Shown here: piece after piece, positions 40,535-50,657 of the stretch | Numbering within the stretch: position 1 is the stretch's first letter | Layout of the letters: every line of letters starts with the position of its first letter | Source of the DNA: an uncultured Solirubrobacterales bacterium | GTDB lineage: Bacteria > Actinomycetota > Thermoleophilia > Solirubrobacterales > 70-9 | DNA length: 64,000 bases | Assembly: GCA_963769035.1 (NCBI GenBank) | Contig: CAVYKD010000001.1 | Span: 83,415-147,414 of the forward strand | Reading direction: 5' to 3' | Notes under the pieces: model-generated | What the model was told of the DNA's origin: nothing | The model's database searches: none | What the model saw: the letters and a program-made list of their open reading frames with translations, nothing else | Translations under genes and position numbers: made by a program

Positions 40535-41164
40535 AGCGACTCCGCGGCGACCTCGTTGACCCGGCGGTCCCAGAGCCGCACGGTGACGTAGAGGTCGTCG
40601 CCGAAGCCGTGGATCGCATCGACGGCGACGAGGGTGAACCGGCCCTCGTCGACCGGCGCCTGGTCGAGCAGCTCGCCGTCGAGCTCCGCGGTCGCCGCAA
40701 CCGCGCCGCGCACCAGCGGTAGGCCCCAGATCAGGGTGACGTCGCCACCGCGGCCGCCGTCGGTCCGCCACTGGCCGAGCACGTCGTCGTTGAGGTCGAT
40801 CTGCCACTCCGGGTTCTCCTCGGCGGTGACGTCGGTGAAGTCGGCGCTCGCGATGAGGTCCTCGGGGGCATCGTCGCCCTCGGGGGTGACGAAGGAGACC
40901 TAGCCGAAGTACTCGGCGACGGCGGCGTCGTCCTCGCGCGTCTGCGCGCGCCCGGTGACCGGGACGTAGGTGCGCCCGCCCCAGGAGCGGTCCGGGAACC
41001 AGCTCAGGGTCTCGAGGTCCACGGCGGCCCCCGCCTCGGCGACGTAGGGCTCGCAGGCCCCGGCGAAGCGCTCGGCAAGCCGGTCCGCCCAGCGCCCGTA
41101 GGGCCTTTCCCTGCTGGGCGGCGTCGGCGATGTGACGGGGAAACGGTCGCGGGCTCGGCGGCAT
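40507..41164 (-). CDS. Hypothetical acidic protein; one frame change (~41100) and an in-frame TAG (40900-40902) as given
   Basis: MPPSPRPFPRHIADAAQQ… then PYGRWADRLAERFAGACEPYVAEAG…AVAEYFG-TAG-VSFVTPEGDD…, continuing into ORF 40507-40782 (…RFTLVAVDAIHGFGDDLYVTVRLWDRRVNEV…). High GC3 throughout. Confidence 0.5.
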
Positions 41165-41241
41165 CAGGTCGCGGAGCCTAGCGAGTCGCGGGGGCGCCCC
41201 GGACGAGCCTTCGCGGCCACGATCGGGGGCGAGGGGCCCGC

Positions 41242-42290
41242 CTAGCGCAGTGCGTCGCGCAGGTCGGCGGCCGCGCGCTCGGGCGGGTAGACGTTGATCT
41301 CGACCCCCGTGCCGAGCTCGAAGCCGGCGCGGATCGTCAGCCGCGGGAGCGATGTCGATGTGCCAGCAGAACTCCTCGGTTCCCCGCGGGGCGGTGCGAA
41401 CCCAGAGGTTGAGCTGCGGCACCGCGCCGAGCGCCCCGCCGAGCGCCCGCAGGGCGGTGGCGAGCATCGCGGCGCCGCCCTCGGAGTCCTCGAAGCGCGG
41501 CGAGGGCTTACGGGGCACGATGCGCAGCTCGAAGGGCGAGCGCGAGGCCCACGGGCAGAGCAGGAGCGCCTCGTCGTCGACGGCCACGAGGCGCTCGCGG
41601 CGGCGGATCTCCTCGACGCCGACGTCCTCGAGCAAGCGCGAGCCCATCGTGCGCTCGTGGTAGGCGACCGAGCGCTCGCGCTCGCGGGCGATCGCCGCGG
41701 GGACGAAGCCGAGCGCGTAGAGCTGCGCGTGGCTGTGCTCGAGCGAGGCGCCCGCCAGCGGGCCCTCGTTGACGATCAGGTGGACGTAGGAGGCCTCGGC
41801 GTGAACGCGCATCCGCTCGCGCCATCCGTCGAGCGCGATCGCGAGCTGCTCGGGCGGGAGCTCGGCGAGCGAGACGGCGTGCCCGGGGCAGCTGACCAGG
41901 ACCTCGTGCGAGCCGCCGGCGGGCTGGGATCGAAACAGGTCGGAGTCGAGCTGGCGCGTGGAGGCGCCGAGCGGGTCGATCGAGCTCGGAGGCCGCGCTC
42001 GCGCGGCGGGGCCGCGGGCGCCGTCGGGGTCGCCGAGCACCGGATAGAGGTTCGGGACCGAGCGCACCCGCCAGCCCGGGGTGTCCGGGCCGCCCGCGCC
42101 GGGGCGATCGGCCCAGACCTCGGGCGGAGTGCGCTCCTCGCGGCCCTCGCAGAACGGGCAGCTCTCCGCCGCGTCGGGACGCGCCTCGGCGGGGCTCGGC
42201 GAGAAGGCGTCCGGGCGCTCGGCGCGGCCGGGAGCGAGGATCGCCCGCAGCCCGGTGAGCTGGTCGATGCGGACCTCGGGCTCAGGAGGG
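41242..42290 (-). CDS. galT: Galactose-1-phosphate uridylyltransferase-family (GalT/HIT) nucleotidyltransferase; frame change ~41345; start codon not identifiable
   Basis: [22 protein letters not shown], zinc motif [17 protein letters not shown], active site EHSHAQL, FCWHIDI, then out-of-frame [30 protein letters not shown] 39806-42067 covers the middle. No ATG/GTG/TTG in frame upstream of 42067. Confidence 0.8.
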
Positions 42291-43154
42291 TGAGGGCGGC
42301 AACGGATCGGCCGGCGGGGGGTCGTAGTCCTCGATCTGCTCGACGTCGACCTCGGGTACCTCCGGCGGCGGGCCCTCCGGCGCGGGCACGCTCGCGTGCG
42401 CGTGCGGCTCGAGCAGGGGCTTGCAGCAGGTCGATCGGCAGCGGGAAGACGATCGTCGTGTTCTTGTTGACGCCGATCTCGACCAGCGTCTGCAGGTAGC
42501 GCAGCTGCAGGGTCGCCGGGTTCGTGGCTGATGATGTTCGGCCGCCTGGGAGAGCTTCGCCGAGGCCTGGAACTCGCCGTCGGCGGCGATGATCTTCGCG
42601 CGGCGCTCGCGCTCGGCCTCGGCCTGGCGGGCGATCGCGCGCTGCATCTCGGCGGGCATCTCGACGTCCTTGACCTCGACCGTCGAGACCTTGACGCCCC
42701 AGGGCTCGGTCTGCTCGTCGATGATCTGCTGGAGCTCGCTGTTGAGCCGCTCGCGCTCGGCGAGCAGCGCGTCGAGCTCGGCCTTGCCGAGCACCGAGCG
42801 CAGCGTCGTCTGCGAGATCTGCGAGGTCGCGAGCAGGTAGTTCTCGACCTCGGTGATCGCCTTGTTCGGGTCGACCACGCGGAAGTAGGCGACGGCGTTG
42901 ACGCGCACCGTGACGTTGTCCTGGGTGATCACCTCCTGCGGCGGGACGTTGAGGGTCACCGTCCGCAGGTCGACCCTGACCATCTGGTCGATGATCGGGA
43001 TCAGCAGGATCAGGCCGGGCCCCTTCTGGGCGATCAGGCGGCCGAGCCGGAAGATGACGCCGCGCTCGTACTCGCGCAGGATCCGGATCGCCGAGGCGAG
43101 GAGGAAGACGATGAAGACGGCGATGACGCCGATCACGATCAGGCCTGCTTGCAC
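42282..43154 (-). CDS. SPFH/band-7 (stomatin-like) protein; two compensating frame changes (~42530, ~42425)
   Basis: [18 protein letters not shown]…[33 protein letters not shown]…[28 protein letters not shown]. The segment [37 protein letters not shown] reads in another frame. Confidence 0.88.
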   Translation of the reverse strand: MQAGLIVIGVIAVFIVFLLASAIRILREYERGVIFRLGRLIAQKGPGLILLIPIIDQMVRVDLRTVTLNVPPQEVITQDNVTVRVNAVAYFRVVDPNKAITEVENYLLATSQISQTTLRSVLGKAELDALLAERERLNSELQQIIDEQTEPWGVKVSTVEVKDVEMPAEMQRAIARQAEAERERRAKIIAADGEFQASAKLSQAAEHHQPRTRRPCSCATCRRWSRSASTRTRRSSSRCRSTCCKPLLEPHAHASVPAPEGPPPEVPEVDVEQIEDYDPPPADPLPPSPS

Positions 43155-43156
43155 GG

Positions 43157-44506
43157 CTACTCCTCTTGGTCTCGCTCCGTCGGCACCATCCGGACGGTCA
43201 GGGTCAGCCCGTCGACCGACTCGACTCGCACTCTAGCGCCGCGCTCGCGTGCGCGGTCGGCGTCGGCCTCGGCGGCGCCCTCGGCCAGCCGCGCCTGCCA
43301 GAGGGCGCCCTGGACGAAGACCTGCCCGACGGGCTCGAGCGGACGGCGGACATCCCCCTCGGCGCCGACCAGCTCCTCCCAGCCGGTGAGCACCGGGCGC
43401 TTGCGGGCCGCGAGCGCGCGCGTCGCGGCGAAGGCGACGAAGCCGCCGAGCAGCACGGCGACCGTGATCACCGCCGGCGCCGAGACCTCGAGCCCGGCCT
43501 CGCCGGTGTCGAAGAGCAGCAGGCCGGAGCCTGCGAGCGCGCCGACGCCGAGCACGCCGATGATCCCGTGCGTCGGAGCCTGGGTCTCGACGAGGATCAG
43601 GATCACCCCGATCACGAGCAGGGCGACGCCGGCGGCGGTGAGCGGAAGCTGGGCCGAGCCGAAGCCGCCGAGAAGCAGCGAGACCACACCGATCGTGCCG
43701 GGGAGGATCGCGCCCGGGCTGAAGAACTCGATCGCGATCCCGACGAACCCGATCAGCAGCAGCAGGTAGGCCGACGGTCGGGTTGACGAGCAGCTGCAGC
43801 AGCTCGTAGGCGAGCGGCATCTCGCGCTCCTCGACCGCCAGCCCCGCGGTCGTCAGCGTCGGCGCTCTTCGGCCCGGCGACCTCGAAGCCGTCGAGCTGG
43901 CCGATCAGCTCCTGCTCGCTTGCCGCGACAAGGTCGATCGCGCCGCCCTCGAGCGCCTCCTCGGCGGTGAAGTTCGTCGGCCTCGGTGACCATCCGCTCG
44001 GCGAGCGCGCCGTTTCGCCCGTGGCTCTCCGCGAGCGCGCGGATGAAGGCAGCGGCGTCGTTCTCGATCTTCCTGCCGAGGGTGCCGCCGATGTCCTCGC
44101 CCGGTCGACGGTGACCGCGCTCGCCGAGCCGATGTTGGTCTGCGGCGCCATCGCCGCGACGTCGGCCGCCTCGGTGATGAAGGCGCCCGCGGAGGCGGCG
44201 CGGGCGCCGTCGGGCGAGACGTAGACGACGACCGGCATCGGCGCCGCGATGATGTCGCGGATGATCTCCCGCATCGAGGACTCGAGCCCACCCGGCGTGT
44301 CGAGCCGGATCACGACCAGCGGGGCCCCATCGTCGGTCGGCGTCGGCGAGCGCCGACCCGATCCACGCCTCGGTCGCCGGATCGATCGTGCCGGTGAACT
44401 CGATCGAGGGGATCGAGCCGGAGCCCTGGCCGGCCGCGCCGGGGGCGAGCGCGAGCAGCGCTCCGGCGACGAGCAGGTACAACGGGAGCCGAACGCGCAG
44501 GGGCAC
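43157..44506 (-). CDS. NfeD-family membrane-bound ClpP-class serine protease; several frame changes
   Basis: Signal peptide [48 protein letters not shown]…[19 protein letters not shown] block, then C-terminal OB-like domain …[12 protein letters not shown]… (ORFs 43853-44506, 43753-44514, 43157-43687). Confidence 0.85.
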
Positions 44507-44523
44507 CCCTGCATTATCCGCGC

Positions 44524-45134
44524 TCAGCGAGCGTGCTTGTCGATGTCCTCCGCGAGCTCCGCCTCCGAGCCGTAGCCGCCGTAGCGGATGTAGGCGATCT
44601 CGCCGGCGGAGTCGTAGAAGACGGTGGCCGGGAACTGGCGCAGCGCCGAGCGAGTCGGCGATCTCGCTGTCGGGGTCCGAGAAGCTCGGATACGGCAGCG
44701 GCAGCTGCTCGAGGAAGCTCTGAGCCGCGGCGGCCGAATCGTCCGAATCAACCCCGAGGAACGCGACCTCGGCGGCCGTTCTCGATCGCCTGGGACTGGA
44801 AGAAGGGAAACTCGAAGCGGCACGGCCCGCACCACGAGGCCCACTTGTTGACCACGACCGGTGTGCCCTCGAGCTTCGCGATCTGCGCCCTGTAGGCCCC
44901 GACTCCGCCCTCGAGGAGGGCGTCGCCGCGAGCGTAGATCGCGGCGAGCCGCGGCGGGGCGCCGTCGAGGGCCTCCGAGAACTCCTCGGCGCTCGCCGCC
45001 GAGGACGGGTTGGCGCTGCCGGGGTCGGGGCCGTCGGCCGCCTCGCCGCAGGCCGCGAGGCCGATCGAGGCGCTCAGCGCGATCGCGGCCAGCGCCGGGC
45101 GAAATCTCGATCTGGAGGGGTTGTCGAAGCGCAT
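44524..45134 (-). CDS. TlpA/ResA/CcmG-like thiol-disulfide oxidoreductase lipoprotein; one frame change ~44760
   Basis: MRFDNPSRSRFRPALAAIALSASIGLAACG lipobox. Redox motif WASWCGPC. C-terminal …FPATVFYDSAGEIAYIRYGGY (ORF 44524-44844). Confidence 0.82.
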
Positions 45135-45297
45135 CCGCTGCCGAGTGTGGTCTAATTGAGGGAGGGTCCCGCAGGTCGGACCGCGGGGTTGTCCCGACCG
45201 GAGGGGAGTTTCGGTCAGGGGCCTGCCTCTCCCGAGCTTACTTCGCTCGCCGTCCGTGAGCCGGATCAGTTGGCGAGCGCGGGCCCACCCTTTTCCC

Positions 45298-48008
45298 ATG
45301 GCCAATCCCACTGACGTTGCCGCGAGCGCGGCGAGCGCGCTCGCCGAATCGGACCTCGACAGGGTGCGCGAGTTCACCCGTGAGCCGATCCTGCTCGAGG
45401 GCGAGACGATCGACGATCTGACCCCCGGCACCGCGCGCCGGCGGGCGGTCGACGACGCGCTGACCGAGCTCGAGGACGGCGCCGAGGCGCCGACCTTCGA
45501 CTGGCGCCAGGACTACTCGCTGCTGCTCGGGCTCGAGCGGGTGCTCTCCGAGGACAGGCCGGAGCTGCTCGACGGCGCGACGCTCAACGAGCACCAGGTC
45601 GACGCGCTCTCCGGGACCCTCGCCGCGATCACCGCCGAGCTCGAGCGAGCCGGGAAGGAACGGCAACGGCGAGCCGCGGCGAAACGGGCGCGCCAACGGC
45701 GCCCCGAGCGCGAGCGAGGACGAGGACGAGGACGAGGACGCGCCCGCGGCGGTCGATCAGAACGGACGAGGCCGAGCCCGACGAGGCCGAGGAGGACGAA
45801 GCAGCCGAGCCGGAGGAGCTCGGCGAGGACGAGGAGCCCCAGGACTGGGAGGAGCCGGAGGACGGACGAGGAGGACCTCGTCGCCGAGGCGCCCGAGGAC
45901 CCGGGGCGCGAGCCGGCGCTTCTGGTTCGAGCACGCGACCGGCGCCGGCAAGACGGTCGCCGCGGTCGGCTTCGTCGAGGCCTCGCGCACCGGCGGCATC
46001 CTGATCCTCACCCACCGCCGCAACCTCGTCGATCAGTTCATCGGCGAGATCTCCGACCGCGGCTACAAGGACCGGCTCTCGCCGCCGCTGCTCGAGCGGC
46101 AAGGACCGCCCCAACGGACCGGTCACGGTCGAGACCTACCAGTGGTTCGTTCGCAACGCCGGCAGGGTCTCGGACGCCTACTCGATCGTGATCTGCGACG
46201 AGGCGCACACCGCGCTCGGCGAGAAGACGAGCGCCTGCATCCGGCGCTGGACCGGGCCGGTCTTCATCGGCATGACCGCGACCGGCGCGCTGATCGCCCG
46301 TCACGTCGCCGACCTCTTCCCGACCCAGACCTCGCGCTTCGACCTCGCCCAGGCCGCCCGCCGCGGCGTGATCGCGCCGCTGCGCTGCATCCGGATCCCG
46401 CCCGGGCCCGGGGTGCGGACGATCGCCAACGTGCCGCTTCGCCGCGGCGAGGTCGATCAGGACTTCGACCAGGAGGAGCTCGCCGCGCTGCTCGACCAGG
46501 AGCCCTTCAACGTCGCGGTCGCCGACCTCTACCAGTCGCGCTTCCGCCGCGTGCCCGGCGTCGTCTACACGGCCGGGGTCAAGCACGCCAACAACGTCGC
46601 CAAGGCCTTCCGCAACGTCGACATCAACGCGCGGGCCGTCTCCGGGCGAGACCCCGAAGCGCGAGCTCGCCGAGATCCTCGCCGCCTTCGAGCGCGGCGA
46701 GGTCGACGTGCTCTGCAACGCGATGCTGCTCGCCGAGGGCTGGAACTCGCCCCGGGCGACGATCTGCATGCACCTCGCCCCGACCGCCTCGCGGCGGGTC
46801 TACCAGCAGCGCGTCGGCCGCGTCACCCGCCGCAACCCCGGCAAGGAGGCCGGCCTCGTGATCGACTTCGTCCACCCGGCCACCACCCACGACGAGAACG
46901 TCGTCACGCTGCACAGCCTGCTCGACCGCGACGTCTACCGCGGCGGCGCGATCGTCGTCGGCCCGGTGCGCCGCGGACGCGGCCGCCGGGTCCGGGTCGA
47001 GCGCCGGGTCGTCCCGGTCTCCTCGGATCCCGAGCGCCGCCTCGCGGTGCTCGAGCGCGAGCTCTGGCGGATCGCTGTCGAGAACCTGAACTACTCCGAG
47101 CAGCACGCCTGGGCGGCGCTCGCGGGCGCTCGCGTGACGCCGAACAACTGGCGCCGCGCGAAGGCGATGATCCAGCACGACCAGGCGAAGGAGCTGCGCC
47201 GGCGCTTCCTGCTCACCTGCCTGCAGCGCAACCGCAACCACCAGCTGCGCCTGAAGGCGCTGACCGAGATCGCGGTGCTGCGCGACGCCGAGCCCTTCGA
47301 CGACGCGGTCGAGGTCGTCGCCACCTGGCCGCGCGACGAGCGCCGCGCCGGGGCCAAGGTGCTCCTGCAGGCGCTCGCCGAGCGGCGCATCGGCCGCCGC
47401 GACCAGGCCCAGGCCTGGGTCTGGCGGCTCGCCGAGGTGACCCGCGACGTCCACGAGGAGTACGCGGTGCAGCGCTGGCCGGAGACCAAGCGCCTGCTCG
47501 GCCTGTTCGTCAACTCCTCGGGTCGCGCCCACGGGCGCAACGCCCGCCGGATCGTCCACGCCGCGCGCCAGCAGGACCGCCGGCTCGCGGTCGCGCTGCT
47601 CGCCGCCGCCGTCGCCCATACGCCCGAGGCCGAGGAGGTGCTGCGCGGCGCGCGGATGCGGATGGCGCGGAAGCCGTCGGCGGTCGCCCGCGAGCTGCTG
47701 CGCAACTTCCCCAGGGGCAAGCGCCGGCGCCGGCGCAAGAGCGGCGATGGCAACTCCGGCTCGAGCTCAGGCTCCGGCGCGCGCACGGCGCAGCGCGAGC
47801 GCCTCGACGACGGGCCCGCCGCCGAGGAGCCGCTCGAGCAGGAGGAGGAGCTCGAGGAGGGTGCCGAGGAGGCCGAGGACCAGGCGGACGAAACCGACGC
47901 CGCGGACGAGACGCCGACGCCGACGCCGCGGACGAGACCGAGGACGCCGCGGACGAAATCGACGAGGACGCGGAGCCCGACGGCGATCCTCCCAAGCCCC
48001 CGACGTAG
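45298..48008 (+). CDS. Large SF2 (DEAD/DEAH, type III Res-like) helicase with acidic insert, about 350-aa C-terminal helical region and acidic tail; about 5 or more frame changes
   Basis: Motif I HATGAGKT, motif II IVICDEAH, motif III GMTATG, then LLAEGWNSP and motif VI YQQRVGRVTR. (GAGGAC)x4 at 45716-45739. Tail DADADAADETEDAADEIDEDAEPDGD ends at TAG 48008. Confidence 0.8.
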
Positions 48009-48016
48009 GCGCGCGC

Positions 48017-48713
48017 TCAGTCGATCTGGACGCTGATCTCGCCGGAGCCGAGCGAGACCCGATCGCCGCCCTCGAGCTCGACCAGCAGGTTGCCGTCCTC
48101 GGCGATCCCGGCGGCGATTCCCGCGCCCTCGGCCCAGCGGACCGAGCGGCCGCGGAGCGCGTCGCGCTCCCGGAAGGCCGCGACCGTTTGCGCGCGGGAC
48201 GCCGCGCTCCAGCGCTCGAGGCGCTCGCAGAGCGCCCTCCGCACCTCAGCGACGCTCGAGCCGGCGCCGATCGAGGTCGCAGGCCAGCGCAGGTCGGCCG
48301 GGAACTCGTCGGCCTCGATCGCGACGTTGATCCCGACGCCGATCACGGCCCACTCGGGGGGGCGCGCCTCGATCAGGACGCCGGCGAGCTTTCGCTCCTC
48401 CAGCCAGACGTCGTTCGGCCACTTGACCCGGCAGCGGACCGGCGCGCAGGCCTCGGCCGCCTCGCAGACCGCGACCGCAGCGGCCAGCGGAAGCAGCGCG
48501 TTCTCCGCCCGCAGCGGCCGCAGGATCGCCGAGAGCAGCAGCGCCCTGCCGGCCGGCGCCGACCAGACGCGTCCGTGGCGGCCGCGGCCCGGCGCTCTGC
48601 GAGTCGGCGGTGACGATCGTGCCGCTCGGGGCGCCGGCCACCGCGAGCTCGCGGGCGCGGTCGTTGGTCGAGCCGATCCGCCGGGCGTGATGGTGGGGCC
48701 GGCCGAAGCTCAT
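48017..48713 (-). CDS. birA: Biotin--[acetyl-CoA-carboxylase] ligase, group I (no N-terminal HTH); at least 2 frame changes
   Basis: MSFGRPHHHARRIGSTNDRARELA…TADSQSAGRGR-type motif context, KWPNDVW.. and GVGINV. C-terminal domain in ORF 48017-48346. ATG 48713 overlaps the DUF62 stop (ATGA). Confidence 0.82.
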
Positions 48714-49528
48714 CCGAACCACAGCACGACGCGATCGCCGGCGCCGATCCGCAGCCGCTCCGCCGCGCTCGCCAGGTTGACCGCGATCGCGAGGTGGCCG
48801 AAGGCGTCGATGTGGACGAGCGTTCTTCCCTCGGGCACGTCGGCGAAGGCGCGGGCGACGACCGCCTCCTCGCTGGTCTCGCCGGCCTCGATCGTGACCC
48901 GCCGGCCGAGCTCGATGCCGGCCTCGCCGAGCTGCCCGGGCGCGAGCGAGAGGATCGCGTTGCCGAAGCGATCGACCCGACCGACGGTGGCGCTCAGCCG
49001 CCGGCCGGGCTCGATCTCGGCCCCCGGGAGCTCGAGCGCGATCAGCTCGGCCGGGTCGAGCGGCTCGCCGAGCTCGGCGAGGCTCGCCCCGCCCGCGAGC
49101 GCCGCCGCGACGGGCGAGAACAGGTCGCGCCCGTCGAAGGTCGCCGAGGCGCTCTCGAGGCGCGACCGGGGAGCTCGAGATGTCGGCCGCCTCGAGCGCG
49201 CCGCCGAACCGGGCGAGGGCCGGGAGAGCAGACCGTTGTCGGGGCCGACCAGCAGCCGGCCCTCGTCCCGGGTCCGCACGGCGACGCCGCGGCGCTCCGA
49301 GCCGACCCCGGGATCGACGATCGCGACGTGGACGCCGGCGGGGGCGTAGGGCAGGGCGCTCGCGAGCACGTTGGCGCCCTCGGCGACGTTGTGAGGAGAG
49401 ATCCCGTGGCTGAGATCGATGACGAGCGCGTCCGGGGCGAGCCGCGCGATCACGGCCCGGCAGACGCCCGCGAACTCGTCTTCGAGCCCGTAATCGGTGA
49501 GCAGGGTGATCGGCAGCGTCGGCACCAC
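48710..49528 (-). CDS. SAM hydroxide adenosyltransferase family protein (DUF62, SAM-dependent chlorinase/fluorinase-like); two compensating frame changes (~49235, ~49165)
   Basis: ITLLTDYGLEDEFAGVCRAVI…VHVAIVDPGVGSERR…LVGPDNGLL…TFDGRDLF…VDRFGNAIL…LAIAVNLASAAERL closely parallels archaeal DUF62 proteins as I recall them. Confidence 0.85.
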   Translation of the reverse strand: MVPTLPITLLTDYGLEDEFAGVCRAVIARLAPDALVIDLSHGISPHNVAEGANVLASALPYAPAGVHVAIVDPGVGSERRGVAVRTRDEGRLLVGPDNGLLSRPSPGSAARSRRPTSRAPRSRLESASATFDGRDLFSPVAAALAGGASLAELGEPLDPAELIALELPGAEIEPGRRLSATVGRVDRFGNAILSLAPGQLGEAGIELGRRVTIEAGETSEEAVVARAFADVPEGRTLVHIDAFGHLAIAVNLASAAERLRIGAGDRVVLWFG

Positions 49529-49616
49529 CGGGCCAATCTATCCCCGAGGCCGACGGCGACGGAGCCGCACCTCCCGGCGTCACCGCGGATCGCGCAGGGC
49601 GGCGGCGGAACGCGCC

Positions 49617-50657
49617 TCAGCGGCGAAGAGCGTCGAGCGCGGCGAGGTCGAGCAGCGCGGCGGGCGAGCGGCCGCGCCTCGAGGCGGCCGAGGGCCGGCT
49701 CGCCGGGAGGGCCCGCGACGCCGCGAACGGATCCCTGAAGACGTGCCTCTCGCAGCGCGAGAGCACGTCCGATCGGTCGACGACCACGAACGTGTCGCGG
49801 CCGGGGCCGCAGTCGATCTGGTCGCTGCCGCCACCGATCCCGTAGACGATGTCGCTGCCGGCGCCGGCGGCGAGCAGGTCGGCGCCGCCGTCGCCCTGGA
49901 GGAAGTCCGTCTCCGCGGTACCCGAGAGGATGTCGGCGCCGCCGCCGCCGACGAGGCCCGCCCCGGTGGGCGTTCCGCCGCTGCCGTCGCGCGGAGCCGA
50001 GGTCGCCGAGAGCAGGTCGCCGCCGGCGGCGCCGAAGAGGATCGTCCTGCCGCGCGGGAGGAAGACGTCCGCGTCGGGCACCGCCTCGGTCGCGTTGACG
50101 TTGACCGTTTCGCCCGCGCCGTAGGGGGAGAGGATCATCTTGTCGGGGTCGCTGGTCCCCGAGACCACGACCCTGGAGCGCTTGCCGAGATCGGCGAAGA
50201 CCTCGATCTCCGACGTCCCGTCGCGCTCGTCGGTGTAGCCGGGCCCGAGCAGGCCGCGGCGCAGGTCGATCGCGAGCTCCGGCCTGCGCACGGCCTTGCC
50301 GGCGCGAACGAGGATGTAGTCGGTGTTGCGGACGGTCGGGGCCCCTCCCTTGCAGGCGGTCGGTGAGGCGTCCGGGCCGCCGAGGACGAGGATCAGGTCT
50401 CCGTTTCGGACCACGTAGGCCTGGCCCTCCGCCGATCGCTTCGCCGCCGCGCTCGCCTTCGGACCGCTCCCCTTCCGCGCGGGCGTGCGCTTCACGGTGA
50501 CCGCGAGGATGTGCTGATCGGCGACATAGACGCACCCGGCGGCGGCTCGCTCGGCCGTGGCCAGCTTCGCGCCGGCCTCGGAGGGGCCGCCGATTGCCAG
50601 CGCGAGCAGCGCCAGGGCGAGCGTGGTCCCTACCTGCCTGCCCGCGGGCTCACTCAT
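49617..50657 (-). CDS. Secreted protein with GGxGxD (RTX-like) repeats and Cys-containing C-terminal module
   Basis: Intact. Start ATG 50657 ([30 protein letters not shown]). Repeats GGGGADILSGTAETDFLQGDGGADLLAAGAGSDIVYGIGGGSDQIDCGPGRD. The start overlaps the stop of cobA/hemD by 8 nt. Confidence 0.7.
   Translation of the reverse strand: MSEPAGRQVGTTLALALLALAIGGPSEAGAKLATAERAAAGCVYVADQHILAVTVKRTPARKGSGPKASAAAKRSAEGQAYVVRNGDLILVLGGPDASPTACKGGAPTVRNTDYILVRAGKAVRRPELAIDLRRGLLGPGYTDERDGTSEIEVFADLGKRSRVVVSGTSDPDKMILSPYGAGETVNVNATEAVPDADVFLPRGRTILFGAAGGDLLSATSAPRDGSGGTPTGAGLVGGGGADILSGTAETDFLQGDGGADLLAAGAGSDIVYGIGGGSDQIDCGPGRDTFVVVDRSDVLSRCERHVFRDPFAASRALPASRPSAASRRGRSPAALLDLAALDALRR

Noticed and set aside
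40900-40902. In-frame TAG as pyrrolysine or other recoding.
   Set aside because: There are no pyl genes or other TAG-containing ORFs in the window. The site lies in an indel-rich block where a point error is the simplest explanation.
39806-42067. Very long ORFs in the track with Arg/Pro/Gly/Ala-rich translations: 39806-42067 (753 aa), the N-terminal two-thirds of 20257-22821 (854 aa), 54147-56561 (804 aa), 24968-27214 (748 aa), 13932-15752 (606 aa), 8725-10224, 1796-3427, 37340-39289, 62207-63559.
   Set aside because: In this high-GC DNA, stop codons are rare in every frame. These ORFs are antisense or off-frame shadows of recognisable genes. Only short in-frame segments of some of them carry real protein sequence, and I used those to stitch the frameshifted genes together. 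Their GC3 and composition do not support independent coding.
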